Shown: one piece after another, positions 51,081 through 64,000 of the stretch
Layout: each line of letters begins with the position of its first letter
How positions within the stretch are numbered: position 1 is the first letter of the stretch
Assembly (NCBI RefSeq): GCF_018977255.1
Contig: NW_024704743.1
Coordinates: forward strand, 6,388,001 to 6,452,000
Source: Callorhinchus milii
Lineage: Eukaryota
Direction: 5' to 3'
Length of the DNA: 64,000 bases
Made by a program: the position numbers and the translations under genes
Notes under the pieces: model-generated
What the model was told of the DNA's origin: nothing
What the model saw: the letters and a program-made list of their open reading frames with translations, nothing else
Databases searched by the model: none

Positions 51081-52189
51081 GGTTCACAAGTATATAATGA
51101 AATCCTATTTCCCCATTGTTGCCGCATGCTAAAACAGTTTCTATTTGTATATATTCTATTTATATACATATATATAGATACACACACAAAGACAGGGTGA
51201 CCAAAAAGTTGTGATATGTACCCTATTATCTTTAAAAAAATCATTTCTTTAAGACTTGTTAGACATTGTAACGGTATCACAACTTTTTAGTTACCAAATA
51301 TATATTTATTTTTATTCATCTTTTGTGGTACTGACACAAAACTTTAACCCATTTTAGTGATATTTGTTCTTTACATAACTGCATCTGTTTGTTTTGCTTG
51401 GTAGCATTTAAATTTGGCATTCGCGATTAGAAGATTTTGAAATTTACTAGCTTGCCTAGTAATTACTAGTGAGCAGCTGCTCAAAGATGACAAATGATCC
51501 ATTAAAGTAACATTAATGAGATCGTAAAACGTATATTAAATAACACTAATAAATTCAAAAGTATATGCAAATTTATCAAAGAATACTCCTTTGTTGAAAT
51601 TTAATGACGAGCAAATTTGGTTAGCCACAGAAATATTTATTTTTAATTGAGAATCTAGGTTAAGATCCAAAATGCACCGACAAGGCTGAAGAATAGCAGA
51701 CAAAACTGAGAAGTAGTTATTTGATACCAAACATGGGTTTCAATTTTGATCAAAAATTTTAGAAATGGTAATTGTAGAAAAGTGATGTGTGTGCTCATGT
51801 GTGTGTGTGTGTACACATATATAGAAATTATTTACAGTACATTCTGACTGCATTATTAGTGGACTATTAGAACCAGAGGACATGGCCTGTGATTGAACGG
51901 AGGTAAATTCAAATCAAATCTGTGGAAACACCGTTTCAGTGAGCGAGTAGTAAATGTATGGAATAGGCAGAAAGTGTTGATTCAAAAACAAATTAGATAG
52001 ATTTCTTTTAGTGAATAATATCTTCGGATAACAGTATATAGTTTGGGACATGATATGTGCATGTGACTGCCAGGTGGAAGGCAAACTGGATGGGCCTTGG
52101 TCTTCTTTCATTTAGCAATTTTTATGTTTTTATATTCTTGTATGTTCACCGCTAAAAGTAAGTAGACAAGTCTAGATCTAGGATCTAAC

Positions 52190-53839
52190 CCCTCCAATTG
52201 GGTTTCCATGCTGCCCATAGCACGGATACTGCTCTGATCAAGGTCCGAAACGACATCCTGACCATGTGTGACCAGGGCTCCCTCTGCCTCCTAGTCTTCC
52301 TCAACCTCTCCGCCGCCTTTGACACCGTGGACCACTCAATCCTCCTCCACCGCCTCTCCTCCCACCTCAACCTTCAAGGTTCTGTCCTTGACTGGTTCAG
52401 GTCCTACATTTCACACCGCCTCAACTTTGTTGCAGCAAATGGCTTCTACTTCAACCCCCACGCAGTCTTGTGCGGTGTTCCTCAGGGCTCTGTCCTCGTT
52501 CCCCTCCTCTTCACCCTCTACATGCTCCCCCTTGGTGACATCATCCGCAGACATGGGGTAAATTTCCACATGTATGCGGATGTCACCCAACTCTACCTCT
52601 CTGCCTTCACTCTGAACTCCAGGACTACTACTACTACGGATTAGTGGTTAGAGCACTCGCTTTGCAAGCGAGAGACCTGAGTTCAATCCCAGGCAGGGCG
52701 AAACCTTGGGCAAGTTTCCTTACTCCACACAGAGCCTAATAATAATCCCTCCAAAAACCAAAAACAATAATAAAAATTGGTCATTTTCAATCTACGACTG
52801 TTTGTGGGACATTGCTGTGCGCAATTGGCTGCCGCGTTCGCCCACAAATATACAGTCAATTCACTTTACAGTGTGTTCTGTGAAGCGCTTTGGGACGTCC
52901 TCCCGATGTGAAAAGCGCTATATCAAATGCAAGGATTATTATTATTATTACTGGCGTCCTGCCCGACTGCCTGTCCGACATCAAATCCTGGACTAGGGAC
53001 AACTTTCTCTAACTCAACGTCAGCAAAACCGAGGCCCTCCTGATTGGCTTGCGCCAGCGCCTCTGCACCTCGGGCGCTGGCAGCACCAGCCTCCACAGCT
53101 GCACACTCAACCTCACTAAGCCAGTCAGGAACCTGGGTGTCTTGTTTGACCCTGAACTGTCCTTTCTCCCCCACATCCGGGCCATGCCCGGCACTGCCTA
53201 CCACCACCTCCGCAACGTAGCCAGACTCCGCCACTGCCTCAAGCTGCCGAAACCCTCACCCACGCATTCGTCACATCAAGGCTCGATTACGGGAACTCCC
53301 TCCTCATCGGCCTTCCCAACTCTTCCCTTCACAAACTGCAGATCATCCAAAACTCTACAGCTCGTGTACTTTCACGCACCAGGCTCCGCGACCCCATCAC
53401 TCCCACCCTCGCCCGACTCCACTGGCTCCCCATCCCCCAGAAGATCAAGTTCAAGATCCTCGTCCTCACTTTCAAGGCCATTCGTGGACATGCCCCTTCC
53501 TACCTCTCTGACCTGCTAACTCCCTACCAACCTGCCCGCGCTCTCCGTTCGGCGGGCTCTGGCCTGCTCCATGTCTCCCGCCCAACCTGCCCGGTGGCCG
53601 GGCTTTCAGCCTCTCTGCCCCCACACTCTGGAACTCCATCCCACGGTCTCTTCGCCTCACTTCCTCCCTCGCCTCCTTCAAGGACGGTCTCAAGACCCTT
53701 CTCTTTGATTGTGCCTTTGGTTGCCCTCCCACCTCTGCCTTCCCTCACCCCTACACCACCCCTCCCCCATGCTCTGGCCCTGACACCTGACTGTTCAGCG
53801 CTTTGAGACATTCTCCCGACATGAAAGGCACTCTACATA
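52190..53839 (+). mobile_element. 5'-truncated L2 LINE interrupted by a young SINE (RAB18 intron 3)
   Basis: [24 protein letters not shown], homologous to the 4932-8399 element; (TTG)n tail at ~53826-53839; SINE at 52641-52950. Confidence 0.92.
52641..52950 (+). mobile_element. Young SINE copy nested in L2
   Basis: Nearly identical to 49893-50227; slightly 5'-truncated. Confidence 0.92.
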
Positions 53840-54093
53840 TGTAATTTTGTTGTTGTTGTAGATAGTAAAGATTCTGTGTTCCTTTACATAAATAAATAAT
53901 TGCAGCCACATACTACTTAATCTGCATCTTTCCTTCACCTCCAAAAATGTAAACCTTTTGGTTACATGATGGCATTACAACATGAAAGGTATATAAATGT
54001 AAATTTGTATTGTATTATATCCATTAGACAATTTGTGAATGACATTGTCAAATGTCTTTTTTTGTAACAGGATTCACTTTACTTTGATTACAG

Positions 54094-54166
54094 GACACTG
54101 CTGGACAAGAAAGGTTCAGGACCTTAACTCCCAGTTACTATCGAGGAGCACAAGGTGTTATCCTAG
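54094..54166 (+). CDS. RAB18: RAB18 coding exon 4 ([24 protein letters not shown])
   Basis: Acceptor ttacag|, donor |gtaaaa; 73 nt; G3 motif DTAGQE. Confidence 0.98.
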
Positions 54167-54371
54167 GTAAAAGTTCTTCCAGTAGTTTAACTTTATATTA
54201 AAAAATGGTGTTTCTTTAGCTTGTGAAGAAAGTCATAATGTTTTAGTCTATATCATGCCTTCAAGTCTCATAATTTACAATGCCAATTATCATTTTACTT
54301 TCATATTGTGGAAAGTGTCTCTAAAGTTAAACTCTTTGTATATTTAAAGTTTAGAAATATTTGTTTTTCAG

Positions 54372-54490
54372 TGTATGATGTGACCAGAAGAGACACCTTT
54401 GTAAGACTAGACAACTGGCTGAATGAGTTGGAAACCTACTGCACAAGGAATGATATTGTGAAAATGTTAGTTGGAAACAAAATTGATAAA
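54372..54490 (+). CDS. RAB18: RAB18 coding exon 5 (VYDVTRRDTF...LVGNKIDK)
   Basis: Acceptor tttttcag|, donor |gtaagc; 119 nt; G4 motif NKID. Confidence 0.98.
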
Positions 54491-54734
54491 GTAAGCAATA
54501 TAATTTAAGTGTCCTTAATTTTGTTTTTGTGTTTCATATTTTACAGCTTGTTTTTACCTATTTAGAATTAGAAATTTTTAAATACTCGTGTTCAGCTGCA
54601 GAAGTAGGAGCTTCATTTAAGGCAACTTGGCAGTTCTAGATTTTCATTAGTTCTCCGACTGAACAATAAACGGAGGACTATGCAACTGTAAAATGCATTC
54701 TCCTCGGTTTGAGGTAAGGAGAAAAAAAAAGGAA

Positions 54735-55805
54735 AACTGCCATATCACCATATCCCCTAATCCCTCTATTTTTAAAAATTCTATCAGTCTCAGTCTTGAA
54801 GATGTTCAAAGACTGAGCATCTACAGCCTTCTGGGGTAGTGAATTCCATAAATTCACTACCCTCTGAGTGAAGAAATGTTTCCTCAACTCTGTTCTAAAA
54901 AGCTGACTCTTAATTTTAAGACTGTGACCCCTGGTTATAGATTCTCCTTCCAGGGGAAACAGACCCTCAGTGTCTACTTTATCCAGCCCTTTAAGAATCT
55001 TATATGTTTCAATAAGATCTCCCCTAATTCTTCTGTATTCTAGAAAATATAGCCCTAGTTTATTCAGCCTATCCTCATAGGTCAGTCCCCTCATCCCAGC
55101 AACTAACCGAGCGAATCTACGCTGCACCCCCTCTAAGGCAAGTATGTCCTTTTGTTAAATAAGGAGACCAAAACTGCACACAATACTCTAGGTGCGGTCT
55201 CACCAAGGCCCGATAAAGTTGCAGCAAGACTTCCCTAGTCTCGTACTCTAAACCTTTTGCAATGAACGCTAACATGCCGTTCGCCTTCTTAGTTGCTTGC
55301 TGCACCTGCAAACTAACTTTTTGAAACTGGTGTACAAGGACACCCAAATCCCTATCAACACTAACACTATCATATCTTCCCCCCACCTCGAGAAAATAAT
55401 CTGTTTTTCTATTTTTTCTGCCTAGGTGAATAACTTCACACTTCCCCACATTAAATTCCATCTGCCACCTACTCGCCCACTCCCCTAGCCGATCTATATC
55501 CCATTGCAATCTTTTTGCATCATCCTCAGAGTTTACTCTCCCACTTAGTTTAGTGTCATCCGCGAATTTGGATACGTTACATTCAATATCCTCATCTAGA
55601 TCATTGATGTAAATTATAAATAGCTGAGTCCCAAGCACTGATCCTTGTGGCACTCCACTAGTCACATCCTGCCAATTCGAGAATGACCCGTTTATCCCTA
55701 CTCTCTGTTTTCTATCCAATAGCCACTCTTCAATCCATGCTAATATGTTCCCATTAATCCCATGGGCCTTAACCTTGTGCAATAGCCTTTTGTGTGGCAC
55801 TTTGT
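54735..55805 (-). mobile_element. CR1 LINE ORF2 3' part (RAB18 intron 5)
   Basis: ORFs 55117..55821 and 54678..55127 contain [41 protein letters not shown]. Confidence 0.93.
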
Positions 55806-56859
55806 CAAGCACAAATAGCACAACAGCGACAACAAAATTACATTTGTATAGCGCCTTTCACGTCGGGAGGCTGTCCCAAGGTGCTGGACAGGCAGAGTTT
55901 CGGACCCGAGCTGGGGGTTGGGATTGGGGAGGGTGGCGGGCAGCAGAGAAGCAGGGTGATCGAAAGCACAGTCGAAGAGGAGGGTCTTGAGATGGATCTT
56001 GAAGAAGGCAAGGAAGGGGGTGAGGTGGAGGGACTGCGGGATGGAGTTCCAGAGGTCTAATGTGAACCGTTAGGTTTCAGCATTGACCAGCTGGCTTACT
56101 ATATTAATAAATATATTAATAAATGGGTGATTTCAAGGTTCCTGCCTGCTATTCACAGGAAGTGCCTCAGATCTCTGTGTGTGAAAGAAGTGATGTTAGT
56201 GGTGCGCAGTATAACATGCAACAATTGACATTAGTAGCGCTTTCTGCACACAGTGTACATGTGCACAACGCATGAGAAGTGATGCCAGCAGTAATTTGAC
56301 AGTCTTGAAGTTGACTATTTTTCAAGGCTGTTGTGATATTGGGCGCAGCCGACCACAAAGTATTCAGCTTTCCCTGTATTCCTTCTTGACAAAGGTTGCA
56401 AAAAAAGATTTAGAGATATAAAAAAACTTTTATACTACTCATTGCTTGACGAGTAGGAATTTTAGTTGCCATTTCATTTGCCAAAACCTTAAATTTTAAG
56501 CAGAAGAAACTAATAAAAAAAACATTTTTAGTACAGACTTGGAGTCAATCAGTGGGTTGGGAGGAGGTGCAATAGACCACCAAGAGAGGAAGGGATAAAA
56601 CTCTGGTTTGGCTAGTTAGAGAATATTGTTAATACACACTCTTCTAACAATTTACAATCCTACTATTACATTTTGTGTTTTCAAAATAAACACTCATCTT
56701 AGAGGCTTGTAGGGGTATGGGAATAAGGCAGGGCAAAGGGATTGAAAGAACAGCTTGCTCCGAGAGCTGGTGCAAACTTGATGGGCGGAATGGTCTCTTT
56801 CTGTGTTGTAAATTTCTGTGAGATTTCATCTGTGTATATTTGTATCATAATAGTATAGC

Positions 56860-57320
56860 ATTAGAGAAAATGCAGTGTAGATTTACAAGAATGTTACCAG
56901 AGATATGTAGATACAGCTATCCAGAACAAATGGATAAGTTGTAGTTTTTCTGTCTAGAGTTCATGATTGAGAGGGCACCTGATAGACTAAGTTAATGAAA
57001 AGATTTAATAAGCTGGATATTGCTGGGCTGTTTCCACATGTTGATGGGTCCAAAACTAGGGGGCATAAATATATGATAGCCAGCAGTGGATCTAGCAGGC
57101 AGTTTAGCAGGAACTTCTTCACACAGAGGGTGTTAAGAATGTGCTTGAAGCTGTGGTTGAAGCATGAATATATTCAAAAGAGAACTTGATGGATACATGA
57201 GGGAGATGGGAATAGAGGGGTATAGGAGACGGGAATAGGAAGGGTGAGGCTCACATAGAGTGTAAATGCTGGAATGGACTAGTTGGGTCGACTGGCCTTT
57301 TTTTTGTCGTATTGCTCTAC
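56860..57320 (+). mobile_element. CR1 LINE 3' fragment
   Basis: RFTRML, TRGHKY, FFTQRV and a CR1-type 3' UTR; similar relics at 15470-15930 (-), 16890-17115 (-), 63370-63640 (-). Confidence 0.75.
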
Positions 57321-58115
57321 ATAACTATGTAAATTTGAACAGTCAATTTGACAGATCAGCTGTTCAGTAATTGTCCTTGTCTGTATTACATCCTGACTGC
57401 TGTATAACAGCTTCTGATTGCCCTGCATGTTAAGACTCTTCAGGTCAGATTGTCTGTACTCATTTCTAAAAATGTTAATCCGTTGGGCGAGTTGCTGTAA
57501 TGAATATTTCAGTGTAGATTCATACCAAAGCAATCTCAGGAATGTTTACAGTAAAAGTGTTTATTGCTACCATACTGAAACTAGTACTGCAGGGTTGTCA
57601 ACACTTAGATCAAACCAGGGTCTAAAAATGAAAAATAACCCTGGGTTTGTGATCTCATACACCCAGTCTATTCACATATGTGCACCACAAGAAGATTTGA
57701 CGATTGCCACTATCTTCTCATGTACTAGGATGCAGCTGCACCTGTTTATAACCTCTTTCCTACACACACATGAACTTTTACTATTTTTTCTCTCACATTA
57801 GAAGTTAGAATATGTAGTTACTTTAGTTATTCATTTATGATCCCTTTAATTGTTTTCATTGTTCCCATTAAAATAATAATAATAATAATCCTTGCATTTG
57901 ATGTAGCACTTTTCACGTCTTCTAGACGTCTCAAAGCGCTTCACAGAATATGCTGTAAAGTGAATTGACTGTATGTAATTCCTTTTTTATTCAGTCTTTA
58001 GATACAAATTGTTATTTATGGTTTTTGGTGAGTCATTGGGTATGTCTTAACTTTCAGAAAGCATGTACCTGTACTTACTTTTCAAATGTATTGCACTATT
58101 TGCACTTTTTATACA

Positions 58116-58722
58116 CAGTGGAATCTACTTTAGGTGGATGCAAGTTAACCCTAGTTGCTGGGTAAATCGAACAAAACGCCCGGCCCCGATTCATTTGTAT
58201 TCCTACCTGTTTTAAATTTGCCAGTTGATTGGGACAAAAATCTGATTAATCCGATTAAACTGCGCTGATCGCCGCTGAACGTACTCACTCGAGCCTTCTG
58301 TGTGTTGAGCGGCTCCTGTCAGCCACGACAAGCTCCAGGATGGAGATGGGAGAAGTCTAAGATTGATTGATAGCGGACTACAGCCATTCACAAGCGACTG
58401 GAGTTGGGTTGTCAATCAGTGAAGGGGAGCGGAAGAACAGGGAAGAACAAGGGATGGAATGGGAGGATTCAAATAGCAATTGATTGACAGCTGAAGACAC
58501 TTATGAATGGGTGGAGCACAAACATTCACAAGGGGGGGGGGTTCAAGGCTGTCAATCACCTTTAATTGGTTCCCTTCCCACTCAATGGGAACGGGCAATG
58601 GGTGGGAGGAAGCGCCACCCCCTCTCCTCTGCTGGTGGGAAGAGGTGAGAGAATTCCGGCTAACCTCGGACACCAGATACAACAGCTGTTCCTCATCTGT
58701 CCGCCTTAACAGGATTCCACTG
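58116..58722. mobile_element. Tc1/mariner (Tigger/pogo-like) MITE
   Basis: TIRs CAGTGGAATCTACTTTAGGTGGA and TCCGCCTTAACAGGATTCCACTG; flanked by CA on the left and TA on the right; no ORF. Confidence 0.8.
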
Positions 58723-59001
58723 TATGTATATATTGTGTATATATGTGATTTATGGGGTCTCAGATTTCCTAGTGTGCATATTGTGCTCAATGACAGTGAG
58801 TGTTTGTTATGAGCCTTTGGTTAGCTTATTTTTAATGCTACGCTGCTTTTTTTTTGTAATACCATGAAACATTAAAAATAGCAAATATAGAACCACTTGT
58901 GGAAATGTCCTTAAAATTGATAGAGATTGGCTAATTTTTTTTATTGAATATTTGCAAAGTCTGTCCATTTGGTCTTTAATATTTAGTTATTTTTATTGAA
59001 G

Positions 59002-59068
59002 GAAAATCGTGAAGTAGACCGAAATGAAGGTCTGAAGTTTGCAAGAAAACATTCCATGTTATTTATAG
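59002..59068 (+). CDS. RAB18: RAB18 coding exon 6 (ENREVDRNEGLKFARKHSMLFI)
   Basis: Acceptor ttgaag|, donor |gtaagt; 67 nt; in frame. Confidence 0.97.
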
Positions 59069-59724
59069 GTAAGTTGATAAAGGTGCTTATGGAATTTAAA
59101 CAATCATGAGGGGAGGAACGTTCTCCAAGTAGGCCCACCCTACCCATCAGAGCTTTGGCTTGCAAGTTTAACAGGAGCTGAGTGGGAAGAAACGTGACTG
59201 CCTCTCGAAGTCCTGCTGATGAGTTAGGCTCATCAACAGTACCCTGGAGTACTGTGGTCCCCGCTTGCTCAGGATCAGGACTATTGAGACTGACTTAGAG
59301 GAATGACCCGATTCCCACATTGCTTTGATAAGCATATCACCTTGGAGTTGGCTCACTTACCACCCCCATCCCCCCAGGGGATAGTCACTTGTTGGTCATT
59401 TGACGTCTGACCTGTATTTCGGACATCTGCATGCTTATTAATTTTGCAAAATGTACAAAAGTGATATGTGCATTATTTATTTTTTATATAGTGACTGCAT
59501 ACCCATTAAGTATGAATGCTAAATATTTTACACAAGACTGTTTTATATGTGATGTATAATGCTGATCGATGTAGTTGTACCCGCTCAATATCCCGAAGCT
59601 CACTGTTGTTCACACGAGTCACTTAATACAGTATGCATTGGGGAGCCAAATGTCAGCCCTCTTTATAGCACATCTAATCTGGGTGTTTTGCTTATTCAAA
59701 ACATTTTTACTTTTTTTAAACCAG

Positions 59725-59900
59725 AATCCAGTGCAAAAACACGTGATGGTGTACAGTGTGCGTTTGAAGAACTCGTTGAGAAGATTATTCAGACGCCTGG
59801 TTTGTGGGAAAGTGAGAGCCAGAATAGTAAACTGAGGTTATCAGACTCACCCGATGCCAGAGGTGGAGGTTCTTGTGGCGGCTACTGCTCTATGCTGTAA
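59725..59900 (+). CDS. RAB18: RAB18 coding exon 7 (ESSAKTRDG...GGSCGGYCSML*)
   Basis: Acceptor ccag|; G5 motif SAK; C-terminal CaaX-type CSML, then TAA. Exon lengths sum to 621 nt = 206 aa + stop. Confidence 0.98.
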
Positions 59901-62900
59901 ACTGTCAGACTTTGATGCAGTCATTTTTTGCCAATTTAAACAATTGGTGAACAATTTGTATAAATTCTATAGTTGACATTGCAGTTTGCACACTTTTTGT
60001 TCACATCATGTACCACCATCTCCTTGGTTCTTCCAAGGATATGTTTTGCTGTAGTGATGCAGAATTTTGTGTTCACAAAATATTTTGCTAGTATTGTCAA
60101 ATCGCATTGCATTTAAAACAGTTATGCATTAGAAATGTGGAACACAGTTTTAATCATCAGTAAAAAGGGTTTAAGCTTATATGTACACGCTCACATCGGA
60201 TAGTTTTATCCAGAAACCATCTGCTTGTTATAATCTAAAAATGATTTTTATTTTTTATTTTCATATATTTGTACACTTTCATGATTTAACACTAAATTAT
60301 TTGTTGTGATCCTCTCAAATGTTGCTGATTTTCATACAGTTTCAGGTTTGGAAGTATATGCAGCAGGAACAGCTGAGCTTGAGGTTTTGGAGTGTATGTG
60401 TCAGGAACCACAACGCTTAGAATGTTACAATGCAGTTGAATTTTCACTGCTGTTAGCCTACTGAATATCTTAGAAATGTAACAAGAGTAATACTAAACTT
60501 TTCTACATTTTACTGGTGAATAAGGTTAACATTTTATTCAGAAATGAATGTTTCTCATTAGTCTAATGCAAAACTACACAATCTGATGATTGTGCGTTCA
60601 TTTCCATAGTTGTACTAAACAGATGTCCTGATACAGAAATTCACAATACAACCATTTAAGTAATATGATTAGAATAAATAATTACATTAAAATCTACACA
60701 ATCTAATAAATTATGAACTAATTCCAGGTCCTAGATGATATCCAAGGCTTTGAAGACATTTAGAAAGGTTCCATGAAAGTATAGTGAATTTGGTCTGCAG
60801 TTAACTAAATTCTGACTGAACAAAGTTATGTTTGACTTGGAAGTTGGGAGTGAGGATGTGAATGTCTGAAATGATTAAATCTTGTACATTCTACTTTAAA
60901 ACTGCACTATATGATTTACATTATTGAAGACGTTATTTGTGTGTAATTTAGTAACAGCTGCTATCATGCTTTGTCAAAAGTGTGCTGAATGGAATTCATA
61001 ATTTAAATGCTTCATTATAATGTTATTGGAGTTCTATTCTAGTCAGCCAAGTCTTGTTTATTTCACACTATTAGATTACATGAGAAGAAATTTGAAGTAG
61101 TTACGTTCAATGTGGTCCTTAAATAAATAATCCTAATACAGTACTATTCATTCTTATGTTCTGCAAACTAGAAGTCTATAGGGGTATCTGTTTTAACCCT
61201 TAATGCCCTTGTGAACAGTTTACTAAATCAATCAGTAGTTGAAGAAAACAAAATGTTGGGCATGATGCAGGTATTTTAGGATTATGAAATGTTTCAAAAA
61301 ATGTGAAGCTCTACAGAATAAGACCCATGTCCTATTTACAATACTGTAAGGACATTAAAAGATGGGAAATCCAGACCGATTTTAAAATAAAGGGGTATTA
61401 GGTATGTGGGAAACTACCAGCAGAAGTGGTGGAACAAGACACTACAGAGGATTACAAAAATAAACCAGCCAAGTTTCTGCTCAATAATTCAAGATTATTA
61501 GATTTGGAGATGAATACATCAAAGGGATCTTATGCAAAATAGAATGAAAAAACAAAATGAATTAATGGCTTACTCCAGCATGAAATTACTTTTGGACTGT
61601 GGAAATTTAAAAAAAAAATCAATAGGAGGAATGGAGCTAATTGTATGACTTAATTTTGTACTATGTTTAATACTTTCAATAGACGTTGTTACAGGTTGGT
61701 CTATATAATGGACCTCATGCAGTTTTGCTCTGGTGATCATACAAAGATGACTTCGTTATAGGAGGAAGCATTTCAGTGCAAATTGAGTGGGTGCAGTCAG
61801 TCAATTGACATAACTGAGATTGACGTCTGCTTAATGAAAGTAAAGATATCAGGTTTTCACTATTCATTATTTATCCAGACTTTAGAATGGAAATAATTGT
61901 AGAAAAAGACTATTTTTGAATGATGTGCCTCTTTTGAAATTAGACTTATTAAAATTCAAATAATTTAAGATGCTTCTATTTTACTTTTTAAAAAATAATT
62001 TAAATTAGCCATGATTTCTGTATCGCAAGCATTTACAAAATGCAGTGAAATATTGCATAAAAATAGATGCAGTTACAAAGGTCATGCATTATATATATAG
62101 CACACATAAAATATAGCATGCATAACATGTGTAACTTTGCACTGTTTCAGGTTTTAATTAAATTACTATTGGGCAAAGAACACATTTACAAAAATGATTT
62201 TTTAAAATTATTTTTGCTTGCTTTTCTGTTTTGTATACAATTACAAATTTGTCTACAATTTCAGTCCTGTTATGAAATCGAGTATCTAGTCTGCACAGTC
62301 AGAGGAAATATTCTGTCCAGGACATACACTTAACTGTTGGGTCCGCATATATGGTTACATGTGCACTTTGTCCAGTGTTTTATTTCTTGTGCTTTTCATT
62401 GGATGCTTTTCACTGGGTGATTTCAAAATTAAGTATTTAATGGCTTCAATGCATTAAGCGTTAATATATCAATATCATTTGCACCTACATATATTAAAAC
62501 ATAAACTTCATATTTGTTTCTCATAAACATAAACTTGGGTTGTAGATATAACTGAGTGATATTTTGTTCATTTTTCCATAATTTATATTGCTGCTTTTCC
62601 ATATACTTTTGTTTATCTGATTTTTTTTGAGTCTGTGGCATAACCTAAATTGCAATGTATCAAATTCTCTTTTTACACAGGTCACTGTCAAAACTGCAAT
62701 TGTTAATTCAACTATAGCATCTTAAAGAATTAGGGCTTGACAATGAGAATCTTAATTCATAATTGTAAATAAATCCATTTGGCATTATGAATTGCATTCC
62801 TCATGTTAGTTAGTCTGGAAATTGTTTAACAAATGGTCATTTCACAACGGTTTATGGTAGTGTAAGGTATTGCATCAGCATATTTAAATAAAAGTTCCAC

Positions 62901-62915
62901 ATGTACTTTAACTTC
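59901..62915 (+). other. Putative long RAB18 3' UTR with several AATAAA signals (distal one at 62887-62892)
   Basis: AT-rich and nearly TE-free after the stop codon. AATAAA near 60672, 60705, 61122, 61387 and 62887; the last is followed by T-rich sequence. TE density resumes at ~63000. Confidence 0.55.
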
Positions 62916-63656
62916 TAACTTACTTGTCTTTTTTAATACATTAATCATTTAGTTCATATTGAATGTGCTGATATATCCATGTATTACTTTGAGGAGCCAT
63001 TCATTCCTGCAACAACAACTTGCTTTTATATGGAGCCCTTCTCGCGAGTAGTGTCTCGGAGTGCTTAACAGCAGTGTGACTTGATGCTGATTCGGGAGGG
63101 GATGTGACCAAAGGCACAGTCGACAAGGAAAGTCTTCAGGTGTGATCTGAAGATGGGCAAAGGGGGGGAAAGATGGAGGGATTGAGGTAAGGAGTTCCAA
63201 AGATTCAGGGCCTAGTGGCTGAAAGTACAAGTGGCAATCGTGGAGCAGAAGGGACGAGGTACGTGCAGAAAACCTGGGCCAGAAGATCCCAAGATTGGTC
63301 TGGATGAAGAAGACCCTTCAATCCATCTGATCTTTTATCGCTCCATAACACCCTACCACACTCTTTCCTTCACTTCTTAAACGAGTAGAGTATCCTGGCC
63401 TCAGCTACATTTCCTGGCAACCTGTGCCAGTCGTTGATTGCCCTCTGCTTAAACAACACTCGCTGGTATTTGTTCTGGAATTGCCCTTTACAACTCTAAA
63501 CCTATGTCCTCTTGCTCTGCTGACATGGTGCATCCCAAAGTATTTATCTGGGTTTACCTTTTCAATCCCATTTAAAATTTTGTGCCCCTCTATGGGGTTC
63601 CCTCTGAGTTGTCTTCTCTCAAGACTGAATGAAGAGCCCTAGTCATTGCTCATAAG

Positions 63657-63890
63657 CTGGGCTAATAGAAAAGTGCGGAAATATTTGCCAAAGATAGATT
63701 ACGGGGAGATTGGCAAATTGCGGGGAAAATTTTGGCAAATTTTGCAGAAAATTACATGGAATTGATTGGTTCTGTTGAGGTACATTTTACTGCCAACCTA
63801 CATGTTTTCAATTTATTGATAAAAACTAAACATGAGAAAATAACACATACTAGATTGTTGAATACAAAATATTAGTTTCTTTAACAAAAA
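63657..63890 (-). mobile_element. 3' terminal fragment of a related hAT element
   Basis: ctgggctaatagaaaagtgcggaaatatt...tttctttaacaaaaac resembles the reverse complement of 30240-30480. Confidence 0.75.
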
Positions 63891-64000
63891 CTAGGTTACC
63901 CATTTTTTTTTCAAGTGGGTGAGGGGAAGGGGGAGACACCAACGAGGCTACAAGAGCTTACCACCTCCTGGGATGGGGGGGTGACCGTAGGCACGGTTGA

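Noticed and set aside
59205..59240. Hammerhead ribozyme (CTGATGAG; also minus strand at ~2563-2570)
   Set aside because: No GAAA core follows stem II. Conversely, the GAAA-stem-UH-like segment in the other copies lacks an upstream CUGANGA.
59559..59724. N-terminal extension of ORF 59559..59900
   Set aside because: Intronic; the true exon 7 begins after the acceptor at 59724.
63930..64000. HDV-like ribozyme motif (ccacctcctgg)
   Set aside because: The reverse complement matches an L2 3' region (tcaaccgtgcct..ggtcaccc), and no nested double pseudoknot could be built.
1..64000. CRISPR array or prokaryotic system
   Set aside because: Repeats are dispersed TE copies, not regularly spaced; the sequence is intron-containing vertebrate DNA.

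Overview
Repeat-rich vertebrate genomic DNA. The TE repertoire (abundant L2 and CR1 LINEs, tRNA-derived SINEs with L2 tails, DeuSINE-like relics) suggests a cartilaginous fish; this is an inference. The only confidently supported host gene is a complete 7-exon RAB18 on the + strand (ATG 33539, stop 59900, 206 aa). It has a CpG-island promoter and a largely TE-free ~3 kb putative 3' UTR. Most of the rest is transposable element sequence. This includes an apparently full-length single-ORF L2 LINE (4932-8399, minus strand, 7-bp TSD, one 3' frameshift) nested inside a non-autonomous hAT element, and many SINEs sharing that L2's 3' stem-loop. Also present are a decayed CGGBP1-like hAT transposase, an RTE-like RT remnant, CR1 fragments, Tigger-like MITEs and a five-copy, hairpin-rich, poly(A)-ended retroposon family I could not assign. 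Several local fold-back or templated duplications and a weak signal of decayed minus-strand exons upstream of RAB18 were also noted. TE boundaries are approximate unless a TSD or TIR is cited.
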